Shown here piece by piece: positions 1-11,065 of a DNA stretch of 64,000 nt. The first letter of the stretch is position 1, and every line of letters starts with the position of its first letter. The stretch spans positions 77,838 to 141,837 of the forward strand of contig NIVC01002061.1 of NCBI GenBank assembly GCA_002269645.1, given 5' to 3'. Position numbers and translations under genes: made by a program. The DNA is from Macrostomum lignano (lineage: Eukaryota). A model generated the notes under the pieces. That model was not told where the DNA came from. It saw only the letters and a list, made by a program, of their open reading frames with translations, and ran no database searches.

Positions 1-1
1 C

Positions 2-931
2 GGAGCCGACGTGTTGCCAGTGCTTAGCCAAGCAAAGAGTGCTTCATCCGAGCCGCATTTTGATCGATTTAACTGTGCCATTCGTGACGCGTTTAGTACA
101 AACTCTACGCTAGGACTCCTTTATAGGGTGAAATACCGAATCACATTTCACAACTCAACGCAGGTCGTCATTCTAGGCTGCACAGTTGATGATTTATCTG
201 TGGCTCCAGGAAATCGAGTCATCGCGTCCTGCCCGTACGAAAAGATGCTAATGCCGCATTCGAACATCTACGGTGCAACACTGGAGTGCACCCTTCAGGC
301 AAAGTGCAACTCATCGGCGGAAGACTACATTTCCCAGGAGCTGGTTTCTGCTTCTCACCGACTTCTCTTTCAGTTAGTAGAGCCCTCCTCGTTGGTGCTC
401 ACAACGTCTAATCCGATCCAACTTTGCATCAACATTTCCAAGGTTCCAATCATTGGCGAGGTCACTCTGAGAGTTTCAGCACGACAGACAGCGGCTGTGC
501 CAAACGAAGTTCTGAAAGTAGAGATTAAAGCAGCTCAGTTTGGCCAATCGAAGTCGGGCATTGATGCTCTATCCGTCACTTTGAATGCAACGAATCGACA
601 CCCGGTCATCTGTTTAGAGTTGAGGTTGTTAATTTCGAATCAAGCAGCGGCGTTGACAGTGAATGGAACTCAAATTGAGGTGAGCGCCGGTTTCAACTCA
701 ACCGCTTCGAGCAGCGGTGTCTACACCGCTGGAAGATTGGTGACATTTATGTCCCTAAAGTTGATGGCCGACGGCTCTGCGTTGAATATGAGGTCGACTA
801 CGACTACTATGTCGTCACGTTTCTTGACGATCACTTTGTCAAGCACGCCAGGGTTGGTTTTGAAGCCCTACGAGAATTTGTCCATTGTTCTCGGCAGTGC
901 TATTTTGCTTCGCCTTTGTCTGCGTACATGA
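2..931 (+). CDS. Unknown beta-rich, N-glycosylation-rich protein; 3' part of an ORF/exon open to the left window edge
   Basis: Frame is open from position 2 to TGA at 929-931 (>300 codons); 8 N-x-S/T sequons (NST, NST, NSS, NIS, NAT, NGT, NST, NLS), alternating hydrophobic/polar strand-like pattern, hydrophobic C-terminus. No family recognised. Confidence 0.55.
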   Translation, partial: GADVLPVLSQAKSASSEPHFDRFNCAIRDAFSTNSTLGLLYRVKYRITFHNSTQVVILGCTVDDLSVAPGNRVIASCPYEKMLMPHSNIYGATLECTLQAKCNSSAEDYISQELVSASHRLLFQLVEPSSLVLTTSNPIQLCINISKVPIIGEVTLRVSARQTAAVPNEVLKVEIKAAQFGQSKSGIDALSVTLNATNRHPVICLELRLLISNQAAALTVNGTQIEVSAGFNSTASSSGVYTAGRLVTFMSLKLMADGSALNMRSTTTTMSSRFLTITLSSTPGLVLKPYENLSIVLGSAILLRLCLRT

Positions 932-1849
932 CTAGCATTAGAAACTGGAGTTTCACGGGTTTTTAAGGAGCTTTTCTTAAAGATTTGATTATTTTTACGG
1001 AACTGTGACGCTTGTTAACAATTATTTTGTAGACTTTCAGCACGTGGACTAAATTGTAAAGCTGAAAGAAATGCTAACCAGGAGTGAATGAGTGTGATTA
1101 TATGACGTAACGATTTCATGTATGAATTGTATTTATAAAGGCTAGATTTTTTGTTGTGGAAATTTCTATGCATCAGATAGTAGGTACATATTACTAAAGT
1201 ACAAAATTCTTGGTTTTTTGTACCCAACTGCTGATCCTATTACTTTGAGCTAATAGTAATTCAGTTTTATAATTTGCTCATGCCTAGAACGCAAAAGGAT
1301 AGTTGTTTTTTATTTATCCAGGCACTGAGTGTAAACAAGAAAATCATTTGTAGGTAATAGGTACAGTTTTAGTTTTTAGAGCTGAGCTAGAGTACCTTGT
1401 TTCCGTGATGTTGTTTGAAATTTAATATTAGCTTATTTTATTATGCTTACCTATCAAAGTTTTGTCCCCAAATATCTTCTTTACAGCAGAAACACCAATT
1501 CCGTTTACTTTTACAATCCTAAGCAGTTGTGCACAAGCAACAAAAATGTTTCAAATTCTGCAATGTAAGCAGCTGTGCTTAGAGAAATTTTTGCTTTACA
1601 GTAGTTTGCTTTTACTAAAATTTCTGTGGAAAACTCTGTCTTAAATAGAAAAAACGTTTCTCCTTTAATCGGTAAATTGTGGCTAAAATATATTTGATTT
1701 GAAACCTGTCTTTTTAAGCGATTAAAGCAGATAATCTCCAGTCCTAACTGACTGATTCTGGAAAATTTCGGAATATACAGCTGTCTGTTCGGGTTGACTT
1801 CCTAAACGATGTTCGTGAGGATATTAGGGTAGGCTCTGCCGCAGGTTAG

Positions 1850-2060
1850 GAAGTCTCCAACTGGAGACCTCAGTGAGTACCATCCGGTCAAAATCTTGTA
1901 GAATTTGAAGCAACCACCAGTTGATGAAAACATCAGATGCGTTGAGAGGTGCGGAAGAGGCCTTGGAGTCTGTGATTTCCGGCATGCTGTGATTGCTGCA
2001 AGGATCAGCGTTTGCAAAGGCGGTCTCGCGAGTACCGTCCATAAAACTCTGGTGTACATT
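1850..2060 (+). mobile_element. Possible degenerate non-LTR retrotransposon RT C-terminal fragment
   Basis: Reads RGLGVCDFRHAVIAARIS, resembling the GGLG...AA motif after the RT thumb of non-LTR elements; followed by a (TCAAAG)n microsatellite at about 2060-2078. Confidence 0.3.
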
Positions 2061-2338
2061 TCAAAGTCAAAGTCAAAGTCAAAGGTTCCACCAGTTGAGC
2101 ACTGCGTCTGTTAATAATCGCGCCTACAGAATAAAATAACGAGCGCAACAGCAAGATTAGCCATAAACCAGTCACGCATTCTGCTGTCTTGCACAGCCAT
2201 CAAACAGACAGATATCGATCTGGAACTCATTCATTGCTACCACTTCTTTCCCGGATGTGGAATCGAGTCTTCACCGCTACAGCAGCGGCGTTAATCACTC
2301 TTTACCTTTGATTGATAAATCCTCAGACTGCATCGGAA

Positions 2339-2550
2339 GGGGTTTATAGTCTAGTGGCCGTGGTTCAGGCTCGATTCCAGGCGAGTGGCACATCAATTTG
2401 GGGCTAAATTGGAATCTCGGCTTGGGTCTGAGTGGGCAATAAACGCTTTTGAGGGCCAACCCAACGATAAATAAGGATAGGGCCGCTGTACACTCCTATG
2501 TGAGCGCGTGCCTGCGCGTATGAATGCGTACGTACATGTATGCGTGTGTG
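2339..2550 (+). mobile_element. tRNA-derived SINE, family 1 copy (internally shortened)
   Basis: A-box-like TAGTCTAGTGG, B-box-like GGCTCGATTCC, and shared body motifs (GGAATCTCGG, GAGGGCCAAC, AGGGCCGCTGTACACTCCT) also found at 17.3-17.6, 38.4-38.7, 58.9-59.3 and 63.0-63.2 kb. Confidence 0.8.
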
Positions 2551-2965
2551 GGGGGGGGGTTGGTGGAATGGACAGTAATGCCGTTTTAAGTACACCAGGG
2601 TACACAGTTCCATTCCTCTAATACCAAAATAGACTACAATACTACATGTACATCAGACAGAAAGATAAGAACTCCTCTCAGATTCTGTTTTCGCAATTAG
2701 TAGGTTTTATACTACGAGTTTTGGATTGGTGCACTCGCTCTATTGTTGTGAAAGTGTCTTTTTGCAAAAAAATACCGCACTATCACAGGATGCTGCTACA
2801 CAGTTTTAAGTAACAAAACACGCGTTTATAAATTTAATTAATTACAGTAAGCCAGTCTGCCTCATTTAGTGCAAGTTTATATCCTGTTTCTGTTTGTTGT
2901 TTTCAGTTGCAAACCTTACGGATTTTGAAACCTAACGAAAGATATTTTATTCTGCTATTACAGGT

Positions 2966-3560
2966 TTATGCTGTGTGAAGCTGGGTAAAATGAGATTTAA
3001 GCTCTGCTGTTGAATCGTTACATGGTGGATGTGGATTGGTTATCTCGCTGGACAATGGACAATAAGCAGACAAATGTAAATATACAAGAATGAAGGTTAG
3101 ATCTATATATAGTTCGCATGTGTTGTGTCGGGTTGAATCTGCACTGCTTAGCATACACTCAGAAACATAGTTAAAGTTTCCACCCCGAAACCAGAGGTAA
3201 ACTGTCCTCAGATCTCGGCTCCAGGTGGCGCAACTCACACCACGCCCGCGGTTCTCATCTTAACTGTGGATGATGTAATTGACTCTTAGAAGCTCTCACT
3301 GCCAGAATTCGAGGGAACCCGCCCCTGCCGCCGCCATCGCAGTTGTGTGAAGACAAGAGTGAGTTGCGTTTCTTTCTCACTTGCGGGACTGGCTGGGTCT
3401 GATTTGTGCTATAGGGACGGGCTTATCAAGTCTCCTGACGCGATCCCACGCCCAGAGTCCGAAGTCAGTCCGGCCAGTTGACTGACGCCATCTCCGGGCT
3501 CGTCCACTGAGATAGCTAGAGTTGCGATACGGCCTTTTCACAGCGCATCGGCATCAGATC
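2966..3560 (-). mobile_element. Degenerate LINE endonuclease (APE)-like remnant
   Basis: One minus-strand frame with scattered stops reads YIIHS*DENRGRGV ... LHLSAYCP ... ELKSHFTQL, resembling APE motifs (G..RGVG; SAYAP...F...L). Confidence 0.35.
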
Positions 3561-5284
3561 AGGCCAATTTCTTGTGGTAACACACGGCTTGGGCATACCT
3601 GTTCTCTTGTCGCTCTGTACTTTAATATTATTTGACGGTTAATTATCAGATAGAAGAGCAGAAATGGAAAAGTTCATGCCCAAAAGCTTAAGTTAATCGC
3701 CCACCAGCCACCCGTTTGAGCCATAGACTATAGAAAGCAGGTGCCATTGGGTGCTCATTTCTGCCAATGTGGATCTCAATTCAATTCCCAATACCTCAAC
3801 GAGACGCAAAACGACACGAGGGCTCGAACATCTATTGTAGAGTGTTCTACTTCCCACAAAAATCATAAAAACTGTTAATTTACAGGTACAGGTTTATTCA
3901 TAGAAATGCTACTGTAAGTAGAGCAACGCACGCATGCGCTGTAGCGGGTGCTACAACTAAGAACAAAAGGCAGATAATTGCAGTGGAACGAAGTGTAAAA
4001 ACTAGCGGTGGGGAATGCCGCTCTGGCTTCTTAGCTTAGCGCTGTAGAACTGTATTTCACCGTTAACATCTGCCATAGATAATAGAATCGTACTTACACG
4101 AGCGTATGATCAACGGCTGTGTAGTGTTGTAGTGTTATATCTACAACACATAGTGCTATAGCGCACCAAAATTTTAACTATGAATCATATTACTATTTAT
4201 AACTAAAATGAGTCATGCTACTATTTATATCTTGCGAAAATTGTGTATAAATACAAGAGGTCCGAAGCGGACCGGAGCCTTATATCCTTTAAGAGAGAAG
4301 AAGAGCTTCGAATAAGGAAGCCAGCAAGATCCTTCAGACCAAGTCAACCGGGACTCGGCTGAGTTCTTTGCGGTAAGCCTTACTCATTTGCGCTACACTT
4401 GTTGAGTTGACTCGAGAGTGTTGTTGTGACTGAGTCTATCTGAGACTCCATTGGTAGTAGTCTTGACTTGTGTAAAGTCAAAGTCATTACTGGAGCTATA
4501 CCTAGAGTGGATTACTTCACTGCTAGAAGGAGTAGGCTTGTTTAAACCGCAGCGCGGCGCAGGGATCCCCATTGTTGATTCGAAGCTTCTTATTGGTTCG
4601 GACTACAGATACCGGACAGCGACATGCCCAAGGCAGTAAACTAGTATAGAAACTACCAGCATCAAGGCGTCTATACGAACTGACGACGAGGAATTCCAGA
4701 TCGACAAAGGGGTACTCATTACTGGTTACTGATTGCCTAGCAGTAGCTAGAAGTGATTTTCCTTGATTACTAAGAAAGTCTTAGTAAGGAACACATTAAT
4801 ATTTAAGGCTGACTAAGGCTATAAATTCGATTAAAAACGACTTCTGATCAGTGGATACCCATATTATTTAGTGAATTGATAGCAGCTTTAAGAAAAAAAT
4901 AAATCAAAGCAACATCGACATTTTCTTGTGAAGTTATACACTACAGCAAAACATTATATTTTATATACTCATTTGAAATATTATTTCATACAATTTAGAA
5001 ATATGCAAACGCCTATACACAAATTTTAAATCCTCTCAATAGGGACACCAAACATGATGAACGGCAAACTATACTACTGTATCCCAGTAGCAACTACATG
5101 TAGCTCACCTTGTGATTGAAGTTTCTTGATTAGCACGGCTTGTATTGTAATGGTTTTGTATCTTCTCGACTTTTTAATAATATTGATGACCTAAAGAAAC
5201 AGCTGTCTAGAATATTATTTGCACCAGCTTGCTTTGTTGAAAATATTTGGTTTTGTTATACTTTCTGACTTCCAGAAAAAAAAA

Positions 5285-5507
5285 TAATATTAATAATAAT
5301 AATAATTGATTACGCCTGCCCTAATGGGCAGATGTGCAACCGACAGCTCAGCCGCAGCTATTGCGCGGCGCATCTGAAGGCTGTGTACGGCTGTTCAGTC
5401 CAAGGACTGGGGGGGGAGGGTCACCACACACCCTCAATTACCCCAGCTAATGCTGGCACCCATTTTACAACTGGGTGAACTGAAGCAAAGCAGAGTTAAG
5501 CGTCTTG
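5285..5507 (-). mobile_element. 5'-truncated CORE-type SINE with (TTA)n tail
   Basis: Plus strand CCCATTTTACAACTGGGTGAACTGAAGCAAAGCAGAGTTAAGCGTCTTG resembles the antisense of the MIR/CORE domain; (AAT)n run at 5285-5306 is the tail on the minus strand. Confidence 0.55.
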
Positions 5508-5527
5508 TGATTGTTGATAAGCTCGGT

Positions 5528-5995
5528 TAGAGTGATACTGAGGGGGAGTGATGCTAAGGGGAGTGACGCTGAGGGGGAGTGATGCTAAGGGGAGTGACGC
5601 TGAGGGGGAGTGATGCTAAGGGGAGTGACGCTGAGGGGGAGTGATGCTAAGGGGAGTGACGCTGAGGGGGAGTGATGCTGAGGTGAGTGACGCTGAGGGG
5701 GAGTGATGCTGAGGTGATCGTGACGCTGAGGGGAGTGATGCTGAGGGGAGTGACGCTGAGGTGAGTGACGCTGAGGGGGAGTGATGCTGAGGTGAGTAAT
5801 GCTGAGGGGAGTGATGCTGAGGGGAGTGACGCTGAGGGGGAGTGATGCTGAGGTGAGTGACGCTGAGGGGAGTGATGCTGAGGGGAGTGACGCTGAGGGG
5901 GAGTGATGCTGAGGTGAGTGATGCTGAGGGGGAGTGATGCTGAGGAGAGTGACGCTGAGGGGAATGATGCTGAGGGTGCTGATACTGATTGGGAT
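5528..5995. repeat. 15-16 bp minisatellite GAGTGA(T/C)GCT(G/A)AGG(GG/T)
   Basis: About 30 tandem units read directly, with TGAT/TGAC alternation giving a 31-bp higher-order unit; the long ORFs here are repeat by-products. Confidence 0.95.
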
Positions 5996-7153
5996 GCTGA
6001 TAGGGAATGAGGAAGTGACTTTGAGGGCAAATGAATTTGAATTGTAACGATAGTGAAAAGGGACAGATCCATGCACGTAATTTTTTCGTCACACTGCATT
6101 TAAATGAATGTTCGCACATCCTTGCAGAAACTTTTTGGGGAATTAAAAAACTGTCGCTAAATAGCTATAAAGTCATTTCGCTCACTTGAGTGGAGTGAGT
6201 GGAGGTTAAAAGGCTGTTCTGAGTCGCAACAAAAAAACAAAAAATTACGAGTACCTCCCTCCACACCCTGATATAAGTACTCTAAGCATTCTGCTTTCAG
6301 ATTAGAAATGCCCCCTATAGAAATCCATTTGGGGTTGGAGGGACTCTCATTACTAAGGCTCTAAAATAACTTCGATTGTCGATGTGCAGAGAGCCAAATG
6401 CGAACTGAGGCTGCAGATTCAACTCGATTTGCTTGAGTTGAGTTTTGCTGTTAGGTTCTATTGTTCGGGCGATCTGATAGTTTAATCTGTTGTGGGTGGA
6501 TCGATTATTCTTAATTAAGGTTCAATGAATCAACCTGTCGAATCTAAATAGTTTGGCTAGATTTGTGTACTACGCTCGGATCTGTTCAAGTTAAGGATTA
6601 GCTAGGAGAAGAAACAAAAACTTCTTGCTTGGTTTTAATCTTGGCTTACATAGCAATTTCAGTCTTTAGCATTGGGGACTAATTTAGACTTTTAGATAGT
6701 ACCAAAGACCTTTGATAAAACTCAAAGATCGTGTAAATTTTAGGAGGTCGATTTCCTGAAATAAATACACTGCGGAGATAGGAAAAATATTTTTTTATCA
6801 CAAAATAAATGATTGCATCCTTAGAATGAGTGATCCTTGGATGGTACATGCCTACTTTTCATTGGTTGAGGCTGGGGTCGTGTCCTAAGCTTTTGCTTGT
6901 TGGAGCACATTGATTGGCTGGTAATACTGTAGCGGTTTATTCGTTCGTGTTCAGACGGCTAATTATATATTTAGTATAATGGATTTTATAGTATATTTAT
7001 ATAACAATTTGTTACTTTGACCAATCAGGAGGCGGGGCGAGACGGTCCGGGCGACGACGAGTACAAAATTGAATTCTACCCGCGGTTGAAATACTATACA
7101 GATTCTCGGAATCATACAGTAAAACAAAAGTAATAATCAATTGTACATATACA

Positions 7154-7342
7154 TGGGAGCACGAGAATTTCCCGCAGAAACTTCGACGGGAAAAACTCTC
7201 GCGGGAAAGCCTCGCCGCGGAAAAATCTCGTCGGGAAAAGCTCGGCGCGAAAACACCCAGCGGGGAAACCTCGCTGCGGGCAAAACTCGCGCGGGTAAAC
7301 CTTGGCGGGAAAAATTCCTGCGGGAAATTCTCATAGACCCCA
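7154..7342. mobile_element. 189-bp MITE with internal ~15-bp GC-rich tandem units
   Basis: Perfect 15-bp inverted repeats GAGAATTTCCCGCAG (7163-7177) / CTGCGGGAAATTCTC (7318-7332), imperfectly extending to TGGG...CCCA; flanked by TATACA direct repeats (7148-7153, 7343-7348). Confidence 0.85.
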
Positions 7343-7599
7343 TATACATACCGAAATAGCAAAATTTAATACAACTAAAAATACATAAAAATAAATACAC
7401 AATACACTGCTTCATAAAATAATTAAATCCACGTTACAGCACGTTCAAACTACTTCAGTAGATGGGAATTTTCAGAACCAAACACTTCGAAGCAAATTAG
7501 CATAATAGCACAGACAGAAGTACAGATTAAGAGAGAAAGTGAGAAAGAGACTATTTCTTTTTTCTTTTCTTTTCTTGATGGCAAACTATCCGTGGATAA

Positions 7600-8290
7600 A
7601 GTTGTGCACTGCTGATGCTGAAGCATTGATGATGCTGCAGACATTATATACATACATGTAACAGATCCCCAGCTGGACAGGACGCAAATGGTCGGAAGAG
7701 ATCAGACGCTAATTTACGCCGGTCTAAAACTGGACCAAAATCTGTAGACGGCCGGCACCAATAGCGATCGCAGAGTAGACAATGAGGGTATTGCAGCAGG
7801 GAAGATACATGTTGAGTGTAGCTACCACACCATATATATACGTATATATGATCGAGTAGTGTCCCAGGGTCCTCTGGTTCTGGTCCTTCTCCAAGAAGCT
7901 ACGAGTGAATCGTCACAGTATATCTATCCCCTAGAATTTAACTGTTACTTTAAGATTGAGTGGACTTTCACGTAAAGCACGGAATGTCCCAGTAGCGTAC
8001 AGCGTTGCGGCAAGACACATGATGTTACTACTCTGATGGTCCTGAGTCCTGTAGCGGTGTTTCCGCTGAATCGCGGTTGTCCGGTTTTTGTTACCCCAAC
8101 TCTCCTTTATATACTAGGATTGGCTATAAATGTCCATCTACGACTCGACACTGGCAAGTCTGATCAATTTTTTAACAAGAATGTAAAAATATTTTCTCCC
8201 TGCAATTGGCGAATAAATAATCTTTCCTTCTCTGCTCTCCGACAATTGGCTCCTTAGATTATTCGTCTGCACAAGCTGGTTCCTTCGTCC
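7600..8290 (+). repeat. Dispersed repeat family copy (homologous to 41390-41660)
   Basis: Two shared blocks: CCCCAGCTG.A..GGACGC...GTCGG.AG.GATCAGACGCT..TTTACGCCGGTC (7660-7750 vs 41440-41525) and ATTTTCTCCC...ACAATTGGCTCCTTA (8190-8257 vs 41585-41655). Confidence 0.7.
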
Positions 8291-11065
8291 AGCCAATAAG
8301 CATTCGCTTCACAATTATATGGTCCGACCGGGCGTAGCTTGGTTGGGTGTTAAACCAGTGGGGCGTGGCTCTTGTGCGTTGGTGCGGGGGTGGTGGGCCG
8401 GGCCTTGGTCACGTGCCCGCGGCCTGGGTGGCGTTTATTTAATACGGTGCGGGCTGTCGCTGACCCGCCAAGCGCTTATTGATTTTTTTCTCGCTTTTAA
8501 GTCTCCAAGGTTTTTATTTGGCTTTTAAGTCCGGTAAATTAAAGTTCATAAATACGCTCGAATACTCGTACAATAGGGCCAAGCTCGAACCTGCGCCTCT
8601 CGTGCCAACTGCCTTGACTTCGTCTCACGACCCTTTCTATTCGACCCTTTTCTGAGAGAGTGCAGGGGCAGTTCACAAAGCGTTGTGGGCGCCAAACTTT
8701 TGGGCTATATTTAGCTACACTAGTCAAAAATAAGGGTGAGGAGCAGAGTGTTAAAACAAATTGGCTTCTTATAAGGTACTCGTATTTTGACGGGAAATTT
8801 AACTGAATGAACCTCATCAGTTGCAAATAAAGGAAACGAACATTGAGAATAATGCAGGAGCAAGAGGAAAAGAGAGTAGAGAGTTATTTATCATGATGGG
8901 TTTCGACCTTCGGGCTCCTTGTTAGGGAAGCCTTCGGGCCTCAGGCTCAGAAATAAATCAATTAGAGACCTGGCCCCCCACTCCTGTCAGATGGTCAGCC
9001 CCATGGTAGCTACCATGGTACCATGGTAGCAGTCTAGGTCCTATAGCTAAGAGAGGGACAGCGAGAGACGAGCAGGGAGAATTTTGAAAGTAGAAATTAG
9101 CTAATCCGCAGATCAACTAACTTGCTGCCACCAGCCCGTGCGCCCTGGCTCACCACACCGGGACTCTCGAAATCGGGCTTCCGACTAGAAGGGGCTTTGC
9201 ACTTACCTGCCAACTAGTGTCTTTTTGCTGTCAATCTCGAAGTCATAGCCGATGATAAGGGACACTGCTGGGACTAGATCGCGTTGGCCATGCAGGTACA
9301 GAGGGGACTTGTGCAGGGGATTCTTGCGGTGGCGAGTCTATGGGGTAGCTACATGTACTATTACATTGCTAAATACGAAGATATGTACTTTTAGCCTTCA
9401 ACGCGCCAACTAGCCTCTCATAGCGCTGATGATAGGCTAACTCGAACTTCAGAGACCGCATGATTCATTTACCCGAGCCGCTTGGCTACCCTAGAGTGCA
9501 CAAAGTACATCTCTGGCGCCGATTCTGCACTTCTGGCAGTTTTGCTCACTGATTTGTTAGATTGGTCGACTGAGAACTGCCTTGCCATTGGTCCACTGTG
9601 ACCGGCGCCTACTAGCTTAGCTACTCATCTGAGCCATCGGCGAACAAAGAAATAAAGCCGACAAAGATAACTGTTAGATTTAACCTTCTCCTTAGTTCAC
9701 TTCACACTTTAGATTGAATTGGAGTCTTAGACTACTAGCAGTATTATTGAATGATTCCTGCCTCAGCAACAGCACTACTGAACAAAATGAGCAAAAGTGT
9801 GCGCCTAATTCAGCTACTGCAACAGGGGACAGAAAAGGGATCACCCAATCAAGCAAGTCTAGGTGGCCTCTCACCCAACCAATCAGAAACTCAACAGCCG
9901 GAGACCAGGTATTCCACAGTGACCGAATCGGCTCGATGCTCTGCAGCTGTAGACTCGGGATGATGCTGTCACAATCTTCGCTGTTAGCTAGCAGGTGATG
10001 CTCTTAACTGGATGTTCGCTGCTGTCGACCGGGGGACTCGTCCTTGATGATGATGGGGGAAGTTGCAATCCGGGGATCAAGAAACGACGGTCGTGCTCCG
10101 GGAACCAGAAGTTGCGCGCTGGGCCCGAGCCAAAGTAAGAAGAAGTTGCGTCCGAGCGGGCCAAAAACACCGGTTTAAATAGCCGCCAACTGGACCGCAG
10201 TTTGTTATAACGGAACACGACGATTCTGATTGGCTGAGCCGTTTTGTTAAAATGAGCGCCGAATTTTATGATTGGCTAAGCTCGTTGCTACCCAGAATCA
10301 CGTGACCGAGAGATCCTATCAGTTCCCACAGGGTCGTAAAAAGATGACAGGTGCGGCCATAAATCACTCAAAATCGCAACAAAATGATTTATGACTTTTC
10401 GCGTAGGATTGACAGAAATTAATGAAAAAATATACATTAGAAAGCTCTTATTAAATAGAAAGTGAAGATAATGAAGAGAAATCGCTAATCGCTAATCCCA
10501 AGGTACTTTTAGGGGTAAAACGCATAGCTGTCAAAGCTGTCACACGCTTGAGTGAATCCGAACAATAGGCTCTGACCTCATAAATCTTGATGGCCTGTCA
10601 AAATGATGAGAAAAAAGCTACCGCCCGCATCCTCTCAGACCATCTGGCGCCCGTCTCAACACTGAGTGAGGCGCAGGTGGCTGTCAGACCAACTTCGGAA
10701 GCGATGATTTACGACCCAAAAAGCTACGCCTATGTTATTATGACTACTAGTATGGCCAGACATTATATCTAGTATAGATTCTATGACAATTCGCAGAAAA
10801 AGGATAAAAATGCCCACTGCCCACTGTTAGTAGGCAAGTAAGTTTAGAGCCCATGTGCTAGCGCGGGATTTGGGAAAAAAGTGCGTCCTCATCAATCATA
10901 CTAGAAAAAGGGGAAATCTTAAAGGCAGAGAATGACTTTCTACCAAATCTGCTATAATTAGTAGCAATAAATGAAAATGAAAACCCGCCAATAAAAGAGA
11001 AGATATTTAAAATTAAGCTGTACATGTAGTTGGAAGGTGATGTACACAAATTTGCATAGCAGATA

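Noticed and set aside
5585-6119. Three overlapping 150-167 aa ORFs (also 40523-40945)
   Set aside because: They are stop-free translations of the 15-16 bp minisatellite, not genes.
8319-8528. G/T-skewed segment giving a 69-aa ORF (similar texture at 61500-61680)
   Set aside because: No motif or homology; could be LTR-derived or low-quality consensus.
8890-8945. Hammerhead-ribozyme-like motif on the minus strand (CTAACAAG...CCCGAAGGTCGAAAC)
   Set aside because: The CTGANGA core has two mismatches and I could not find closing stems I and III; at most a decayed Penelope-type remnant.
9001-9030. Perfect 18-bp palindrome CCATGGTAGCTACCATGG with partial repeats
   Set aside because: Short, single occurrence, explained by local slippage or fold-back; no functional context.
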